NCBI RefSeq assembly: GCF_964213995.1
Contig: NC_135815.1
Location: 75,392,001 to 75,456,000, forward strand
From: Mustelus asterias
Lineage: Eukaryota
Reading direction: 5' to 3'
DNA length: 64,000 nt
The notes beneath the pieces are model-generated. The model saw nothing but the letters and a program-made list of their open reading frames with translations, did no database searches and was not told the origin of the DNA. The stretch's first letter is position 1; every line of letters begins with the position of its first letter. Shown one piece after another: positions 49,501-63,500 of the stretch. The position numbers and the translations under genes were made by a program.

Positions 49501-51984
49501 GTAAGATTCTGAATGTTAGAATTTTACATTTCCCTCATGTTAAAGGCATAGTATTTTTCTATGTGTACTCAGCAAAATTAGGGAAAAGGCTGCTTTGTGT
49601 GGCACTTGGGGGTCTGATAAATACAGTCAGACATGTCAGTACAAATTTTCTTCCAATAAACAAAACTTTTAATGTAAGGATCCCTCAGATAAATTATATT
49701 GAACGGTCATTGGGCATACAGCTTTAATAATTGCACTTAAAAATATTGCTTCCGATGTTTTTGTTTTATTTTCTTCTGTTTATTCCCAATAACACCATTT
49801 CCAGACTGAAAAGGTGTGACCCCAGACACTTCCAATTCTGACATGTTAGTGTCCACTAGGTGGTATGCAAGAGCAGCCTGGGTTAACTGGCACATTAATT
49901 GTGCCTCTGCATGTTGGGAAGTCTAAGACTTCCATTTGTCAATTCCCCCAAATTGTCCTGCCCAGATCAATAGCTCCCAGCCTGTGAGTCACAAGCATAA
50001 GCCCTCGTAGTTTCACTCAAGAAAGATTAAAGTCTTGCATCATCCCTTGTAATATTGCCAGGCAATGGGCAACCTAAATTATATTTGGAGCAGACTCTTG
50101 AGTTTCTGAAGCAAAATTACTTTATTTTCCTCTCTTTTGTGAGTATGTCCTCACAGGTGTGCTCCATTTGTATGTCACATTCATGTCTGACCCCAAATAC
50201 CTAAATAACTTTTCACTATCCTTGTAGGTGCCCATGGATCTCTTTGTTCTCTCTCTACACATAGATCCATGTATATATTTCTGATTCTCCTCTCTAATCC
50301 TCTGTATCTTTTTCTATCTCATGTTTCTCTTGCTTGGTTCTTTGCTATTTCTGTGGTTCTGATTCTATTATTGTGGCTGAAGTTCCCATGTATCTATCCC
50401 TCATTGTTAGCTGCTTTTCTTGTGTGTCTGAGCCTTTCTTTGATCTGTTGACTGTACCCACCATGGTCCCTCTGCTCAGTTAAAGCTGCTCCAAAGGCTG
50501 AAAAAGCAACGGTACGTTAAGTGTTGCCTTTTTCTTCATCCGATCAGAAGAAACAGGAGTGCTCCTCCAGGCTTCACAAGTAAAATCTCGATCTCTGCTG
50601 CTCCAGGTTCTTATCCCTTGAGACCACACCAAAACCATCTCCTGCCATTGAGCTTGCTGCTAGACATCTGCCTGCACTGGATTCAACTGACCTTTCACTG
50701 CTGATAGTCTGTCAGTTACCTCTTTTATTATTTTTTCAGCTGAGATGTGAAAAGAAGCCAAAGAGTTAAATTAGTCCAAATAAAGTTGACACTGACGATC
50801 CCTTTTCCATCCCGTGTCTCTTATGTCTGAACATGTGTGGGTTAGGTTGATTGGCCATGCTAAAATTGCCCCTTAGTGTCCTGGGATGTGTAGATTAGAG
50901 GGATTAGTGGGTAAAATATGTAGGGATATGGGGGTAGGGCCTGGGTGGGATTGTGGTCGGTGCAGACTCGATGGGCCGAATGGCCTCTTTCTGTACTGTA
51001 GGGTTTCTATGATTCTTCTATGATATCTATCTCTGTCAGTTAATAAGAAAGGCAACATAATGACACTATTTCCCCTGGGACAGCGAAGGCTAAAAATGTT
51101 TTAAATTAAACATTTTAAAACTGTATATGTTTGATAATGTGAATAAAGATGGGGAAAAAAAATTAATTTGTCCTGTTTTTTTGGCTGCAGGAGTTAGAAT
51201 TTATAGCCTGCCCCATAGGAGATAGGAAGCATGTAGATTTCTTGCTGTCATCTCACTTACCTGATTATATAATTGGATTGGGCACTCCCAAACTGGTGAC
51301 TGCCTCTGTGTCAGCAGGTAGCTGAGCAGCATTGTCTGAGAACGTGTGATGCAGCCAGCATCTTCTGAAAGGAAGGCAGTACCAAATTAAAGGAGGCTGT
51401 TGAATACCATGGCTGCAGTTCTAAACAAGGATAATAGACCACCAGGGTAAAGAGAGAACTCCAGGATTATGCATGGGAACTGGAGGCTTTAGTGGTGGAG
51501 TTGAACAGGTGGAGAGATGCCACAGGTTCCACAGAGGACCAGGAGGCCATGAAGGACCATTCTCAAGAAAGGCATTAAAACTGCAGGCCCCCTTTTTGGA
51601 GCCTTTGTGTGGACGGGCCATCAATTCCTCTGGTCTCATGGCAAGGATATAGCAACAATCTGCCAAATCGCAAAACACTCCACAGTACTTCCATGCAGTG
51701 TGCAATAGCAGAAATCCTTCAAATTCACTTTACCTCCAAGTTTGATGTCTGTCCCTCTAAATAATGTGATTGGTGGGCCCCTCTTGCAGCAGAACACAAT
51801 CTTTAGTGAATATTGTACAAATTCTTTGAATGGACATGTTTGATTCAAATTAGAACAATGGATGTCACACCAGCTGGTTGAGCTGTGTGACATCAGGGTA
51901 GCTTCAGTTCCACTACCTCAAGCACACGCAGGGGATGCCCCAAGTTTTTGCTCATTTCAAGAGCAGGCTGTGCTGGAAGGAATC

Positions 51985-53610
51985 ACAGAACTATAATAGT
52001 GCAGGAGGCGGCCATTCAGCCCATTGTGTCTGCACCGGCTCTCTGAAGGAGTGCTTCCCTTACAACCATTATCAAGCCTTCTCCCCGTAATCCTGCACAT
52101 TCTTCCTTTTCAGCTAAGTCTAATTTCCTTTTGAATGCTTTAATTGGATCTGCCTCCTCCAGGCAGTGGATTCCAGACCTTAATAATTCGCATCACTTTT
52201 TTGCTTCTTTTGCCAGTGACTTAAATCTGTGCCCTCATTCTCTATCTTTTCACAAGTGGGAACAGTTTCTTCCTATCTACTCTGTCCAGACTCCACATGA
52301 TTTTGAATACCTCTATCAAATCTCCTCTCAGCCTTCATTTATCCAAGGAAAATGTCCCAACTTCTCAATCTATCTTCATAACTGAAATTCTTCAACCCTG
52401 GAATCATTCCTGTGAACCTTTTCTGCACCCTCTCCAATGCCTTAATAATCCATCCTAAAACGTCGTGCACAGAACTGGATGCAATACTCCAGCTGAGGCC
52501 GACAAGTTCACACAAGTTCAACATAATCTCCTTGCTCTTGTATTCTCTGCCCCTAATTAGAAAACCGAGGATACAGTGTGCTTTGTTTACTGTTCTCTTA
52601 ACCTGTCCTGCCACCTTCAATAGCTTATCTAGGTCCCTCTGCTTCTGCACTCTTCCTAACAAAATTAATCTCTCCACATTTCTCTGCATTGAACTTTATC
52701 TGCCACCTGTCCACCCATTCTACCAACATGTCCATGTTCTTTTGAAATTCTAGTCTTGTTCATAGTTACAATGCTTCCAAGTTTTGCATCATCTAAAAAC
52801 TTTGAAATTGTGTCCTGTACACCAAGGTCTAGGTCATAAATATATATCAGGAGAAGTAATGTCCTAACACTATCCCTGAGAGCTCCACTACAAACCTTCC
52901 TCCGTCCCGAAAGACATCCATTAACCACTATTCTGTTTCCTGTCACTCAGTCAATTTCATGTCCATGTTGTTGCGACCCCTTTTATTCCATGAGCAATAA
53001 CTTTGTTCACAAATCTGGTGTGTGGCACTTTTTAAGTCCGTGTACACTACATCAACAGCATTGCCCACAACAGCCCTCTCTGTTAAAGCTTCAAAAAATT
53101 CCAGCAAGTTAGTTAAACATGATTTTCCCTGAAAACAAATCCATGCTGGCTTTCCTTAACTGACACTCATTTGTTCATGTGACTATTAATTTTGTTCCAG
53201 ATTATTGTTTCTAGAGGTTTTCCCACCACCAAAGTTAAACTGACTGGCCTGTAGTTGCTGGGCTTATCTTTACATCATTTTTTACAACTCACCAGTCCTC
53301 TGGCACTACCCCCGCAAGTCTAGAAGGACAGAAAAATGATGGCCAACGTCTGTGCGATTTCCACTCTCACTGCATCTCATCCAGTCCTGCTGTCTTATCA
53401 ACTTTTAAGTACATACAGCTTAGCCAATACCTCCTCTTTATTCATTTTAAATACTTCCAGTGCCTGAATTACCTCCTCTTGCACCAAGACCTAGGTAGCA
53501 TCTTCTTCCTTAATAAAGACAAATGCAAAGTACACATTTAATACCTCAGCTATGCCTTCTGCCTCCATGCATAAATTCCCTTTTTAGTCCCTAGTCAGCT
53601 CTACAACTCC
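51985..53610 (-). mobile_element. Degenerate CR1 LINE (RT to 3' end)
   Basis: ISKFLDDAKLG and KALERVQKRFTGMIPG motifs, and the terminal GGGCTGAATGGCC motif. Confidence 0.82.
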
Positions 53611-53629
53611 TTTTGCCACAATATTATTG

Positions 53630-56600
53630 GAAGATAGAGAATCAATGAATCATCTGCTAAATTTGAAGAACTGCTAAAATCTTTCAACTTTTATTTTAAT
53701 CTAAGAAGCAATAAAATTTTCAGAGCTAACTTTAACAAGCGTGTCCAGCAGCCAGGAGAGCCTGTTGATTCATTCATCAATGATCTGTACAGGATGGCAG
53801 AAGGTTGTGAGTATGGAGACCTAAAATCTAAACTCATCAGAATAGTGGACAATGCACTACTGACATCATGGTAGTAAAGGAAGATCTAACCCTGAAAAAG
53901 GCAATCCAGATAGTTTGTCAATCAGAACTCTGTGAGCAACACAGAACCGTTTTAAGGGGAGGAAGTAAAGTGTGGAGCAGAGGCCAAATCACGGTTCACC
54001 TAGTTAAGCAACAAAGACATAGGGACATTCCAGGCCAGGGAAAGCAAAATCGGAACTTTCCAGCAAAGTGGCCATGCCAATGCTGTGGAGCAAAGCGCTC
54101 CGACAGGCGAGATCATTGTCCTGCAATTTCAGCCCAATATTTTCAGTGCAACAAGTTTGGAGTCTATGGCAAACTGTGCAAGATAAAAACTCTAAAACAC
54201 AAAAAAGGCCCAAGATCATTCACAAAGTCAAGATTGCAAACTGTGAGATCAAAGATCTTGGTTTCTAATTTTGGAATGTGGACATTTCATTCTATGGCAT
54301 TGAACAAATTTTAAATTAGATACAGGAGCCTGTGCAATAGTCCTGTTGGACAAAAAGAAAACGTGGCTGAAAGATGTCCAGCTTTGAACAGATACACCAC
54401 TCTATGAGAACAGAGGAATCTGACTTCCGGTCATTGGCTTTTTAAAAAATTCATTCAATGGATGTGGGCTTTGCTGACTAGCCATCGTTTATTGCCCATC
54501 CAACTTTGCACTTGAAGTGGTAGTGAGTTACCTTTTTGAATTGGTGCAGTCTGGTTTAGCCACACCCACAATGCAGTTGAGGGGGGAGTTTCAGATATTT
54601 GACCTAGTGACAGTGAAGAAACGGTGATATATTTCCAAGTCAGGATGATGGGTAGCTTGGAGGGGAACTTCCATGTGGTGGTGTTCCCATGTAGTTGCTG
54701 CCCTTTTCCTTCTAGATGGTAGTGTTTATGGGTTTGGATGGTGCTGTCGGAGGAGCCTTGGTGGTTGCTGCAATACATCTTGTAAATGGCACCCACTGCT
54801 GCCACTGTATGTTTGTGGATGGAGTGCTTGTCCCGAATGGTGTCCAGCTTCTTCAGTATTGCTGGAGCTGCAATCATCCAGGCAAGTGGAGAATATTCCA
54901 TCACACTCATTTGTGCCTTGTAAGTGGTACAGACTTTGAGGGGGAGGCGATGGCCCAGTGGTATTATCGCAAGACTATTAATCAGCTAATATTCTGGGGA
55001 CCTGGGTTTGAATCCCGCCACAGCAGATGGTGGAATTTGAATTTAATAAAAATATCTAGAATTAAGAATCTACTGATGACCATGAAACCATCGTCGATTG
55101 TTGGAAAAAACCATCTGATTCACTAATGTCCTTCGGGGAAGGAAATCTGTCATCCTTACCTGGTCTGGTCTACTCCAGAGCCACAGAAATGTGGTTAACT
55201 CTCAACTGCCCTTGGGCAACTATGGATGGGTAATAAATGCTGGCCAGCCTGCGACACCCATGTCCCATGAATGAATAAAGGGTCAGGAGTTGAGTTACTC
55301 GCTGCAAGATTTCTAGCCTCTGATCTGTTCTCGTAGCCACAGTATTTTTATGACTATTTTAGTTCAGTTTCTAGTCAATGGTAACTCCCAGGATGTCAAC
55401 TGTGGGGAAATCAGCAATAGTAATGCCATTGAATGTCAAGGAGTGATGGTTAGATTCGGTCTTGTTAGAGATGATAATTGCCTGGCACTTGTGTGATGCA
55501 AATGTTACTTGCCACTTGTCAGCCCAAGCATGGATATTGTCCAGATCTTACTGCGTTCGAACAAGGACTGCTTCAATATCTGAGGAGTCATGAATCCCTA
55601 CCTCGAGGCATGATTTAGAAACCACTATATTATGACAGCAAACAAATCTTTGAATTGGTACAAGTTATCCATAACTAACCTTTTTCTCTCTTGAGCAGAG
55701 ATGCCTGTGTAGCCTTGGACCATCAAATCAGCAGAAAATATCAAGACAACCAATGTTGTTAATCATGTAGAAATGCAAGTTCTTGAGTATTCAAACGAAA
55801 AAAAATACCTTGACTGGGACTTCAGTTCTGAACTGTCTTCTCTCCTTGTGGAGCAGTTTGTCCATTCTTGCTATAGTTGCAAGAAACCTTCAATTTTCAG
55901 ACCAGCCAACCACTCAGAAGTTAACTATGATGCCTCCATCTGAGGTTGTAAAACAGAACGACCAGCAATCTGATGAGCCTCAACCTTTGGCTCTGACAAG
56001 GATACAGCAGGTCAACTACAACCACCAAACATCAGCCAGCATGCCGAAACCAGAAAAGATGGTAGCAGTCATTCATTGCGGACAGTGAAACACTGTGGTG
56101 AGTGTACCACTAAACCTCATTCATCACAAGAATGCTCATCTAATTCCATAGAGGACATCACCACAACCCACATGACAATGGAAAAAATGAAAGAAATGAC
56201 AAAGAGACGAATACAATGTTTGTCCACCCCACGAGTAAACAAGTTATGGTAGCAATGACCAGCCAGTGCAACAGCCAAAACATCCAAGTATACGGCTCAA
56301 CACAGAACAATGGAAGAAAAGGATTAAAACATATCCAGATGCCAGGACAACCTCCAAACCTATAGGAAGAACTAGCAGTGACAGAGCCTACCATCCTTCC
56401 AACAACAATACAAGAGGGGTATAGAAGGGTTATTAGACCTCCAGACAGCCAAAATCTTTGAATTCAACGAGTTGAAGTAGAGAGATGGGGTGGTAACATT
56501 GTAGTAATAACAATGTAAATGTGTGATAATAATAATGGAAGAACATACGGTAAACTATAATCACTGAAAATAAATTGGACAAAGGATTTGGAGGAGGTGT

Positions 56601-56780
56601 AGTATAAAGATCTAGCACATGTAGGGTTAATGTGTGACTGAGTACACTACCACCCGCACAAGTGATGTAAGAGGCATATGACCCATGCCCAGGGTGAGTT
56701 GACTGTTGGACAGAGCTATGTGTTTCAACAAAGATGGAGACAGTACCTATCTTGTACCCTTTACTGTATCTTGTATTGTG
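53630..56780 (+). mobile_element. Gypsy LTR retrotransposon relic (gag, zinc knuckle, protease, probable 3' LTR), interrupted by a LINE/SINE at ~54450-55590
   Basis: FNKRVQQPGEPVDSFINDLYRMAEGCEYG, LTLKKAIQI, CPAISAQYFQCNKFGVYGKLC and KLDTGA (aspartic protease). Purine-rich tract near 56477-56493. The 3' boundary is uncertain. Confidence 0.65.
54450..55590 (-). mobile_element. LINE 3' region (same family as 27390) containing a + strand tRNA SINE at 54940-55280
   Basis: SVMEYSPLAWMIAAPAILKKLDTIRDK. The SINE has A box TGGCCCAGTGG, B box GGTTTGAATCC and tail ...CCCATGAATGAATAAA. Confidence 0.8.
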
Positions 56781-56788
56781 AAAACCAT

Positions 56789-57715
56789 GGGGGCAATCTC
56801 CCAGCCTGCTGCGCTGCTCTAGCAGTGCAATGCGCCAGGAGACATTAGCGGAGGCTGTTTAGTGAGCTCCCCGCTAGGTGCCATGGCCTCTATGCATCTC
56901 CGGCTCCAAGATTTTTGGAGTAATCAGCTCTGCACCAATTTTCAGCGCGGAGCTGATTTAAATATGAATTGCAATGTCATTAGTGGGTCCGGGACTGAAG
57001 TCTCTGGGTCTGCTAGCCTCTCCCAGTGGAGTGGTTCCCTCCAGCAGGGTTTACAACAGCTCCCCACTAACGGGAAACAGGCAGCCAACCCCCCTGGAGC
57101 GAACAGAGGCCATGGAAGCCCCCCACAGGAGGTAAGGTAGGGTGCCCCCTGGGCAGTGCCAGCCTGGCAATGCCAGTCTGACCACCTGGCACTGCCAAAG
57201 GGACAAACTGGCAATGTCTTGGGGAAAACTGCCAATGCCCAGACACATTGGCACTGCCCAAGGGGCATTGGGCCCCTGGGGACCTGCTGCCACTCTGCAT
57301 TCTAGATCAGTGGCTGAGGGAGGGAGGGAAGGGGGTGATCAGACCGGCCATCTGGGTGGGGGGAACATTGAGGCTTGCCCAGAGAGGTCTGGTGTCAGAA
57401 GGGCAGCGATGCAGGGTCGTGGAGCTGGCCAGCAATTGAGCTGGCCAGCGATCAGGAGGCCGGCAGTGCAGGGCCACTCCGATCTCAGTGCTGACAGATC
57501 ACAGCATGCTAAAGCGCTATGCTGGCGGCATCTTTAGTGGAATAGGCCCCACTCGCTGATTTTCAGTGAGTCACGCGAGGGCACTCTGCAGTGCTCAGAG
57601 TGTGGTAGATTCATTCTGAAAATCACGTTTAAACTCCAGTTTTCATGTGAATTTGGCACTTGGAATTTTTTTCGGAGAATTCTCCCCCCCCCCCCCCCCC
57701 CCCCCCCCCCCCGCC
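56789..57715. mobile_element. PIF/Harbinger-type MITE related to 31074-31958
   Basis: Ends GGGGCAATCTCC / GGAGAATTCTCCCC. Shares GGCAGTGCC/GGCACTGCC internal motifs, and 57585-57680 resembles the reverse complement of 31080-31185. Confidence 0.6.
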
Positions 57716-58179
57716 AATATCTGCACAAACTGGATTTTTCTTTTAATATTTGGAAGGGTGATTTATTATTTGGACTCTTGCATTTTATTTACAAAACGGT
57801 CATAATTACACCTTTCGACTGGTGCGACAATGTATTTTCAAGTAACTCACCTGACCAGAATTGTGCATGAGGGGGAAGAACTGTTCACTTGTTCTTAATT
57901 GCAATCACTTTAATTGATGGGGAAAAAACTGGCAAAGGCTAGAGATGTACTGGAAATTGAGACAAGCTTTAAGTTTTGGACCTGTTGTTTTTGAAATCAG
58001 AGTAAGCCAAGAAGGAAGGCTGGCCTAACTCTCACTCTTCTTGCCTTGCCGGAAGTTGTGTGTGGTTATCACCAGTAGCCAGGGAATCCTTATTTGAGTG
58101 TAACTTGCCTGCATTTAGAACCTGAAAAATCATGACAAGAAAAATTGATCCAGCTCTATTTACAGAGTGGACAAGTCTG

Positions 58180-60535
58180 GTCTACACTCTTTGAAAGACA
58201 AGGTGCAAGTGATCAAAGGCACCGCAGCTCCCACATCCATCCAGGAGCTAAGATCATTTCTGGGGTTGGTAACCTATTACGGGAAAGTTATGTCCAAACT
58301 TGCCTCCATCCTGGCCCCATTATAAAGTTTATTTATTAGTGTCACAAGTAGGTTTACATTAACACTGCAATGAAATTACTATGAAAATCCCCTAGTTATT
58401 ACATTCCGGTGCCTGTTCGGGTACACTGAGGAGAATTTAGCATGGCCAATACACCTAACCAGCACTTTTGGACTGTGGGACGAAACCAGAGCACTCAGAG
58501 GAAACCCATGCAGATATGGGGAGAACATGCAGACTCCACACAGACAGTGACCCAAGCCAGGAATTGAACCCAGGTCTCTGACATTGTGAGGCAGCAGTGC
58601 TAACCACTGTGCCACCCACCAACTACTAACACTACACTACACCAATTACCAAAAAAGGATCGGCCTTCGAAGTGGGCTTCCAGCCAATCATTGGCTTTCC
58701 ATAAAGTAAAGCAAGTAAAGCAACAGCTTTCCTTGTAGAATGTTCTGGCATATTACTATCCCAGAAAGAACTACTACTGACCTGCGATGAATCCCCTTAT
58801 GGAATTGAAGTGGTATTGGCACATAGATGGCTAAACAGAGAGGAACGCCCAATTGCATTCGCTTCCAGGATCTTGGCTATTGGAGAATGCAAATATGCCC
58901 ACATTGAAAAAGAAAGGTTGATATTCGGGGTTAAGAAATTCCACCAGTGCCTGTATGGGTGAAAAGTCGTCATTATCACAAGCCACTACCATGATTGCTA
59001 AGGGAGGACAAGGCAGTGCTGCCATAGCATCGGCCCAAATCCAGCGATGGGCTTTATTACTGCCTGCCTACAATTATCGATTGGAACACTGTCCCGGAGG
59101 CCAAGTAGCCAACGCAGATGGGAAGAGTAGGCTACCATTAGCAGACACCCCGTCGATGGTATCCCCACTGGAAGACATGGTGATGACAATGAACATTTTG
59201 GAAACTCTCCCAGTGACAGCAAATAATACTCAGCTGTGGATGCAAAAAGACCCAGTCCTCATGAAATTGAAACAGCTTGTAATGACGGGGGAAACTAAAA
59301 AGGCCATTCCAGCCCGCGTTGCACCCATACTGGAGCCAGAGAGAGCAGCAGACCGTGGAAGATGGCATTCTCATATGGGGCTCCAGAGTTGTCATGCTAA
59401 GTCAGGGCCGCTGTCCCATCCTGGCCAAACTTTACCATGTTCACCCAGGAGTGATGAAAATGCTCGCAAGGAGCTTTGTCTGGTGGCCAGGGTACGAACA
59501 TGGCTGTGCTCGTGGGTCAGTATTGGCAATGCCAACAAAGGCAGAAGCTGTCACCAGCAGCTCCACTGTACCCTTGGGAATGGCTGGGAAGACTGTGGAT
59601 TCAGCTACACATTGAACCCATGAACAGACCAGGAATTTGATGATTTTATGAAGTCTAACAAAATTCGACACATTAAGACAGCACCATATCACCCATCGTC
59701 CAAAGGCCTGGAGGAAAGAGCAGTCCAAACATTGAAAACAGGTCTAACAGCCTGCAGCCTCCTTGGTTACCAAATGTCCAGATTAATCTTCGATTACAGG
59801 TCAGCTTCCCATGCAACTACCAGAATAATCCCAGCCGAGTTGCTCATGGGTAGATGACTCCACACCAGGTTGAGCCTGATCTTCTCAAACCTGGGGGAGC
59901 ATCGGTTTCCTACAAAGTCCGCGTGGGAGATACAGTCCTATGAAAATACTTAGACCATTTAAAAGGCGTTAAACCCAATGCCATGCCAGAACAATTTATA
60001 CCCAGCACATCGGGAGCCTTGGAAGAAATTCCAGGATCCACTGACTCCCGCTCTCTGTCTCTGGTCATTGGAACCTCAGAGTCCGAAATGGACACGACGG
60101 ACTCAGCCACCCCCTTGCCACTCAATGAAGAGAGTGAACCTGTGCCTTGAGGCTCAAGACGAAAGAGACAGGCTCTGGTCCGCTACATTATACATATTTC
60201 CGGCACAGAGCTGCAGGAACTATACTTGGCGTTGAAACAACACAAGAGGCTCTCAAGGCGAACGACCTGCCGAGGTTCCTCGGACCTAGAGGAGAAGGGA
60301 TGTAATGACTTTAACGAGATCCATAAGCTGAACCTGTTAGAATATGAGCTCCCTGGTTGAAGCAGTTAATGCTGTCCAACCCGGGAGCCCTGCAGAGGTA
60401 TATAATATGGAGTGTCCGTGTTATCAGCACTCAGGATGTATACTATGTTCTGGGAAGTATGTTCTGAGTATTATTAACTATTGTAAATAAAGCTGGATTT
60501 GGTGAAGGGACATCACCCTCATGGGAGTTATTTCA
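58180..60535 (+). mobile_element. Gypsy LTR retrotransposon 3' half (RT end, RNase H, integrase, PPT, 3' LTR), with a SINE inserted at 58322-58617
   Basis: QELRSFLGLVTYYGK, LTCDESPYGIEVVLAH, ERPIAFASRIL, IQRWALLL, NADGKSRLP and TAPYHPSSKGLEERAVQTLK. PPT AGAGGAGAAGGGA (60288-60300). LTR 60301-60535 runs TGTAAT...ATTTCA with TATATAA and AATAAA. Confidence 0.88.
58322..58617 (-). mobile_element. tRNA-derived SINE
   Basis: Reverse complement of the 7021-7325 family, with TGGCACAGTGG and GGTTCAATTCC boxes. Confidence 0.9.
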
Positions 60536-63500
60536 GACTCCAATGCATTGTCTGAGGGATTGTTGAATTGCTGGATATTCTGTCTTTCTTTTGAGATGTT
60601 AAACTAAGGCAACTGCTGCTTCTGTACAAACGATGTTGCCCTTTAACAGACTGCAATGTTTTAAATGCTACACCTGAACTGTATATTACCCCTTCACAGC
60701 AAAAGTAAACTAATGAAGGATAACTTTCTATCCTCCAAACTACCTTGCATGTTTATGAGGATTGAAAGGTGAAATTGTGGCAGAATCACTATCATTTCTC
60801 ATTGATGTATTATGAGGACAACGCATTTGCAATCCTGGCAATGAGAGAGAGTCCTGATCATGCAGTCAATTACATGCACCATTTGAAAAATTACTAGATA
60901 CCTGTAATCTGAATACTGGTGTTGAATATGTTTATTGACGTATCAAGCAAGGATTTTTATTTTGTAGGGACTACAGCTGGATTCGGAAAAATTATATTAC
61001 CACTTGATACCAACATTTGAATGGTTAAACTTTGAGGATAGCTTATGTAAACAAGTTTAGAAGTTTGATAAAGGGATTTGATAGAGTAGATAGGGAGAAC
61101 CATTTCCTTTAGTGGGGAAATCCAGAACAAGAAGGTATATAATCTTAAAATTACAATTAGGCTTTTTTAAAAACAAATTCAAGAAATATTTTTCACAGAA
61201 AGGACAGAAAAGAGTGGATTTGCAGGTGAGGAGAGCCTGTAAAGTTCCCTTGGTGGTCTCCCTGCCGTCCTCTTCCGACCTGTCCACAATTTTACAGGGG
61301 GCAGGTGAGGCCTAGGGAGGCCTGCCCATCCTTACCCCATTGCAACCTTTGTGGTCAATTAAAGGCCAGGTAAATTTTGAGACTAGTGGGAGGAGTTCAG
61401 GGGGAAGCCCAGCAAGTCACCCTGCTTAGATCTTGAGTGGGAAGGGAGGATGTTGCCTTCCCTCAAAGGCACCCTTTCTATATTGGGCATACCATTCCCC
61501 TACCCAGGCCTTCCTTCTGTGGGTGCTCCCTTCTCCTGACCTCTGTCAAAACTCACATCCCTCCGCCCTCTTCCCCTGCAGGGTCTCACAACCTTCCTAT
61601 CATGAACCCCCTCCTCCGCCCCTCCCCTCACTTATCAGGCCTTGGACTGAGAAGCTTTGGATTGCTTGTGGTCCCAGTCCTGGCCACGGCTGCCACTGGG
61701 ATTACAGATGGACTGGTAGCTCTCTGAGGTTGAACTTCCAATGAGTTAGGCATAGAAGTACTTTCACCAGCCAATTCATGCTCCGCAGAGTGTTAAACAG
61801 CTGTGGCTCCTGTGATCTGCAGGGATTTGTTCCTCACTGATTCTCCAGATGGCAAGCAGGAAAGCCCACCATCCAAAACATTCTGAACTCTCCAAAAAGG
61901 TTGTAAATGGTGTGTCAAATTTTCAAGACTGAAGTCACTAGATTTATGAAAACAAATAGAAAAAGGCAGGTAAATGGAGTTGCTACATTAATGAATCCTG
62001 ATCCAACTGAATGACAGAGCAGGTTCAATTACCTCCTTTTTTCCTATGTTCCTAAAAGTCAGTGCTGAAACAATATATTTATGTAGCTGCAAGCTGCTCT
62101 TTTCCATTAAGTTATTTGAAATCTAAACTTGAAATTCACATTGTAAAGTAATTACTACTTGTCACAAGTATTTACCCCCCCCTCCCTTTTGTGTTCATGC
62201 ACTTTTTTCACATAACTAATTTAATCTTACATATACAATAATTGATTTTCACATTTTACTGCACAATTCAGACTTTAATCTAAAATTAAACATATTTGGA
62301 AAATATTATGCTGAAAGTGGCAAATATTTTGTCTGGACATTTGTTTTAAACATTTTGTTCGATCAAAATATTATAAATAATATTTTAGGTTCGTGAAAGT
62401 ATTTTTCTGCATATGTTGAGGGATGATGGTGATGTTATTGAGTACCATTGCGAGGGAATAGATCGTTTCTTTTTTTCATTTTTAGCAACAGTATTGAATC
62501 AACCATTCTCAGATCCTGTACATGAGCCAGGTGCGAAGGAGCCCCCTTTATTTTGCCACAATATTGTACTTTTACGCTTGGTAATTTTCTCCGTTGCATT
62601 TTAAATAATGCTGACCCATGCTGCAGTACAGTTCCACGACTGTCGATCCTCACTGTTTAGGATGCAACATAAAGAATAACCAGTTGGGCGAAATACCAGT
62701 TCTTGGCCCCGCAAAAGAAAATTTCACACATACCTTGGAGGGCCTCGTGTATGTGTGGATCCACTTTAGCCTGATTGGAAACACTCACTCAGGCCCCACT
62801 TACAATTGACACCATAAGACCCCAATTTGCATAAATTCATTAAGCTTCTGCCTATTTTGGGTGGGTGCCTTTTCTGCCTGCAGCACTCCGCAAGTAAAAA
62901 TATGCAACGTTCAAAGAGTCAAACTAGAAGCAGGAAAATAATGTGTTCATTTTAAATTCCCCAGTCGCTCAGTTTCGTTTGGGCAGAGAATGTTAAAATG
63001 AACACTACAGTTTTGCAGCTTACATACAAAATTTAACAAGGTTTTCTTAGCTATAATTTTTACTGTGAATAAAATTATTTTCATTTTTAATATACTGTTT
63101 GAGAGATTTTATAGACAGATTTTATGATTTTTGCAAACTAACGTAGGAGATCTTAAAGTTATAAATATTTCATCCTAACACCATCCAGTACAGTTTGTTA
63201 CAAGTAAGTTACTGTTTTATTCATTGTTTCATCATTGAGATTATTGAAAAGGTCAGTAACCTATTGTACCAGCAATAATCAACGGAGTGTTTTCAAATGC
63301 ATACAGAAATGCTGCAATTTGCAACAAAATCCATTGTTTCAAAATGTAATGTATCTTTGTAATACTGGTGTTTGTATGTTTTGACGTCTTAAATGACAGC
63401 ATTGTTCAATGTATCAAGTATTTGTTCAAAGTTTAATCAGAATGTTTCTATGTAAGCTGTTCTCAAGCTAAGGAATTCAGTGGGAGGGCTGGATCGGAGG

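Noticed and set aside
49323-49727. 134-aa ORF as a complete gene
   Set aside because: Only 49329-49500 resembles PACRG and it is bounded by canonical splice sites. The rest is read-through into the intron.
57684-57712. 29-nt poly-C run, and other C/G runs at ~9570, ~13590, ~39126 and ~44812, as functional G-quadruplexes
   Set aside because: Most lie in or next to repeat-like sequence, homopolymer length is error-prone in assemblies, and nothing indicates function.
235-62809. The many remaining 60-160 aa ORFs in the track as novel small proteins
   Set aside because: They are alternative or antisense frames of transposon relics, or random ORFs without recognisable domains or splice context.
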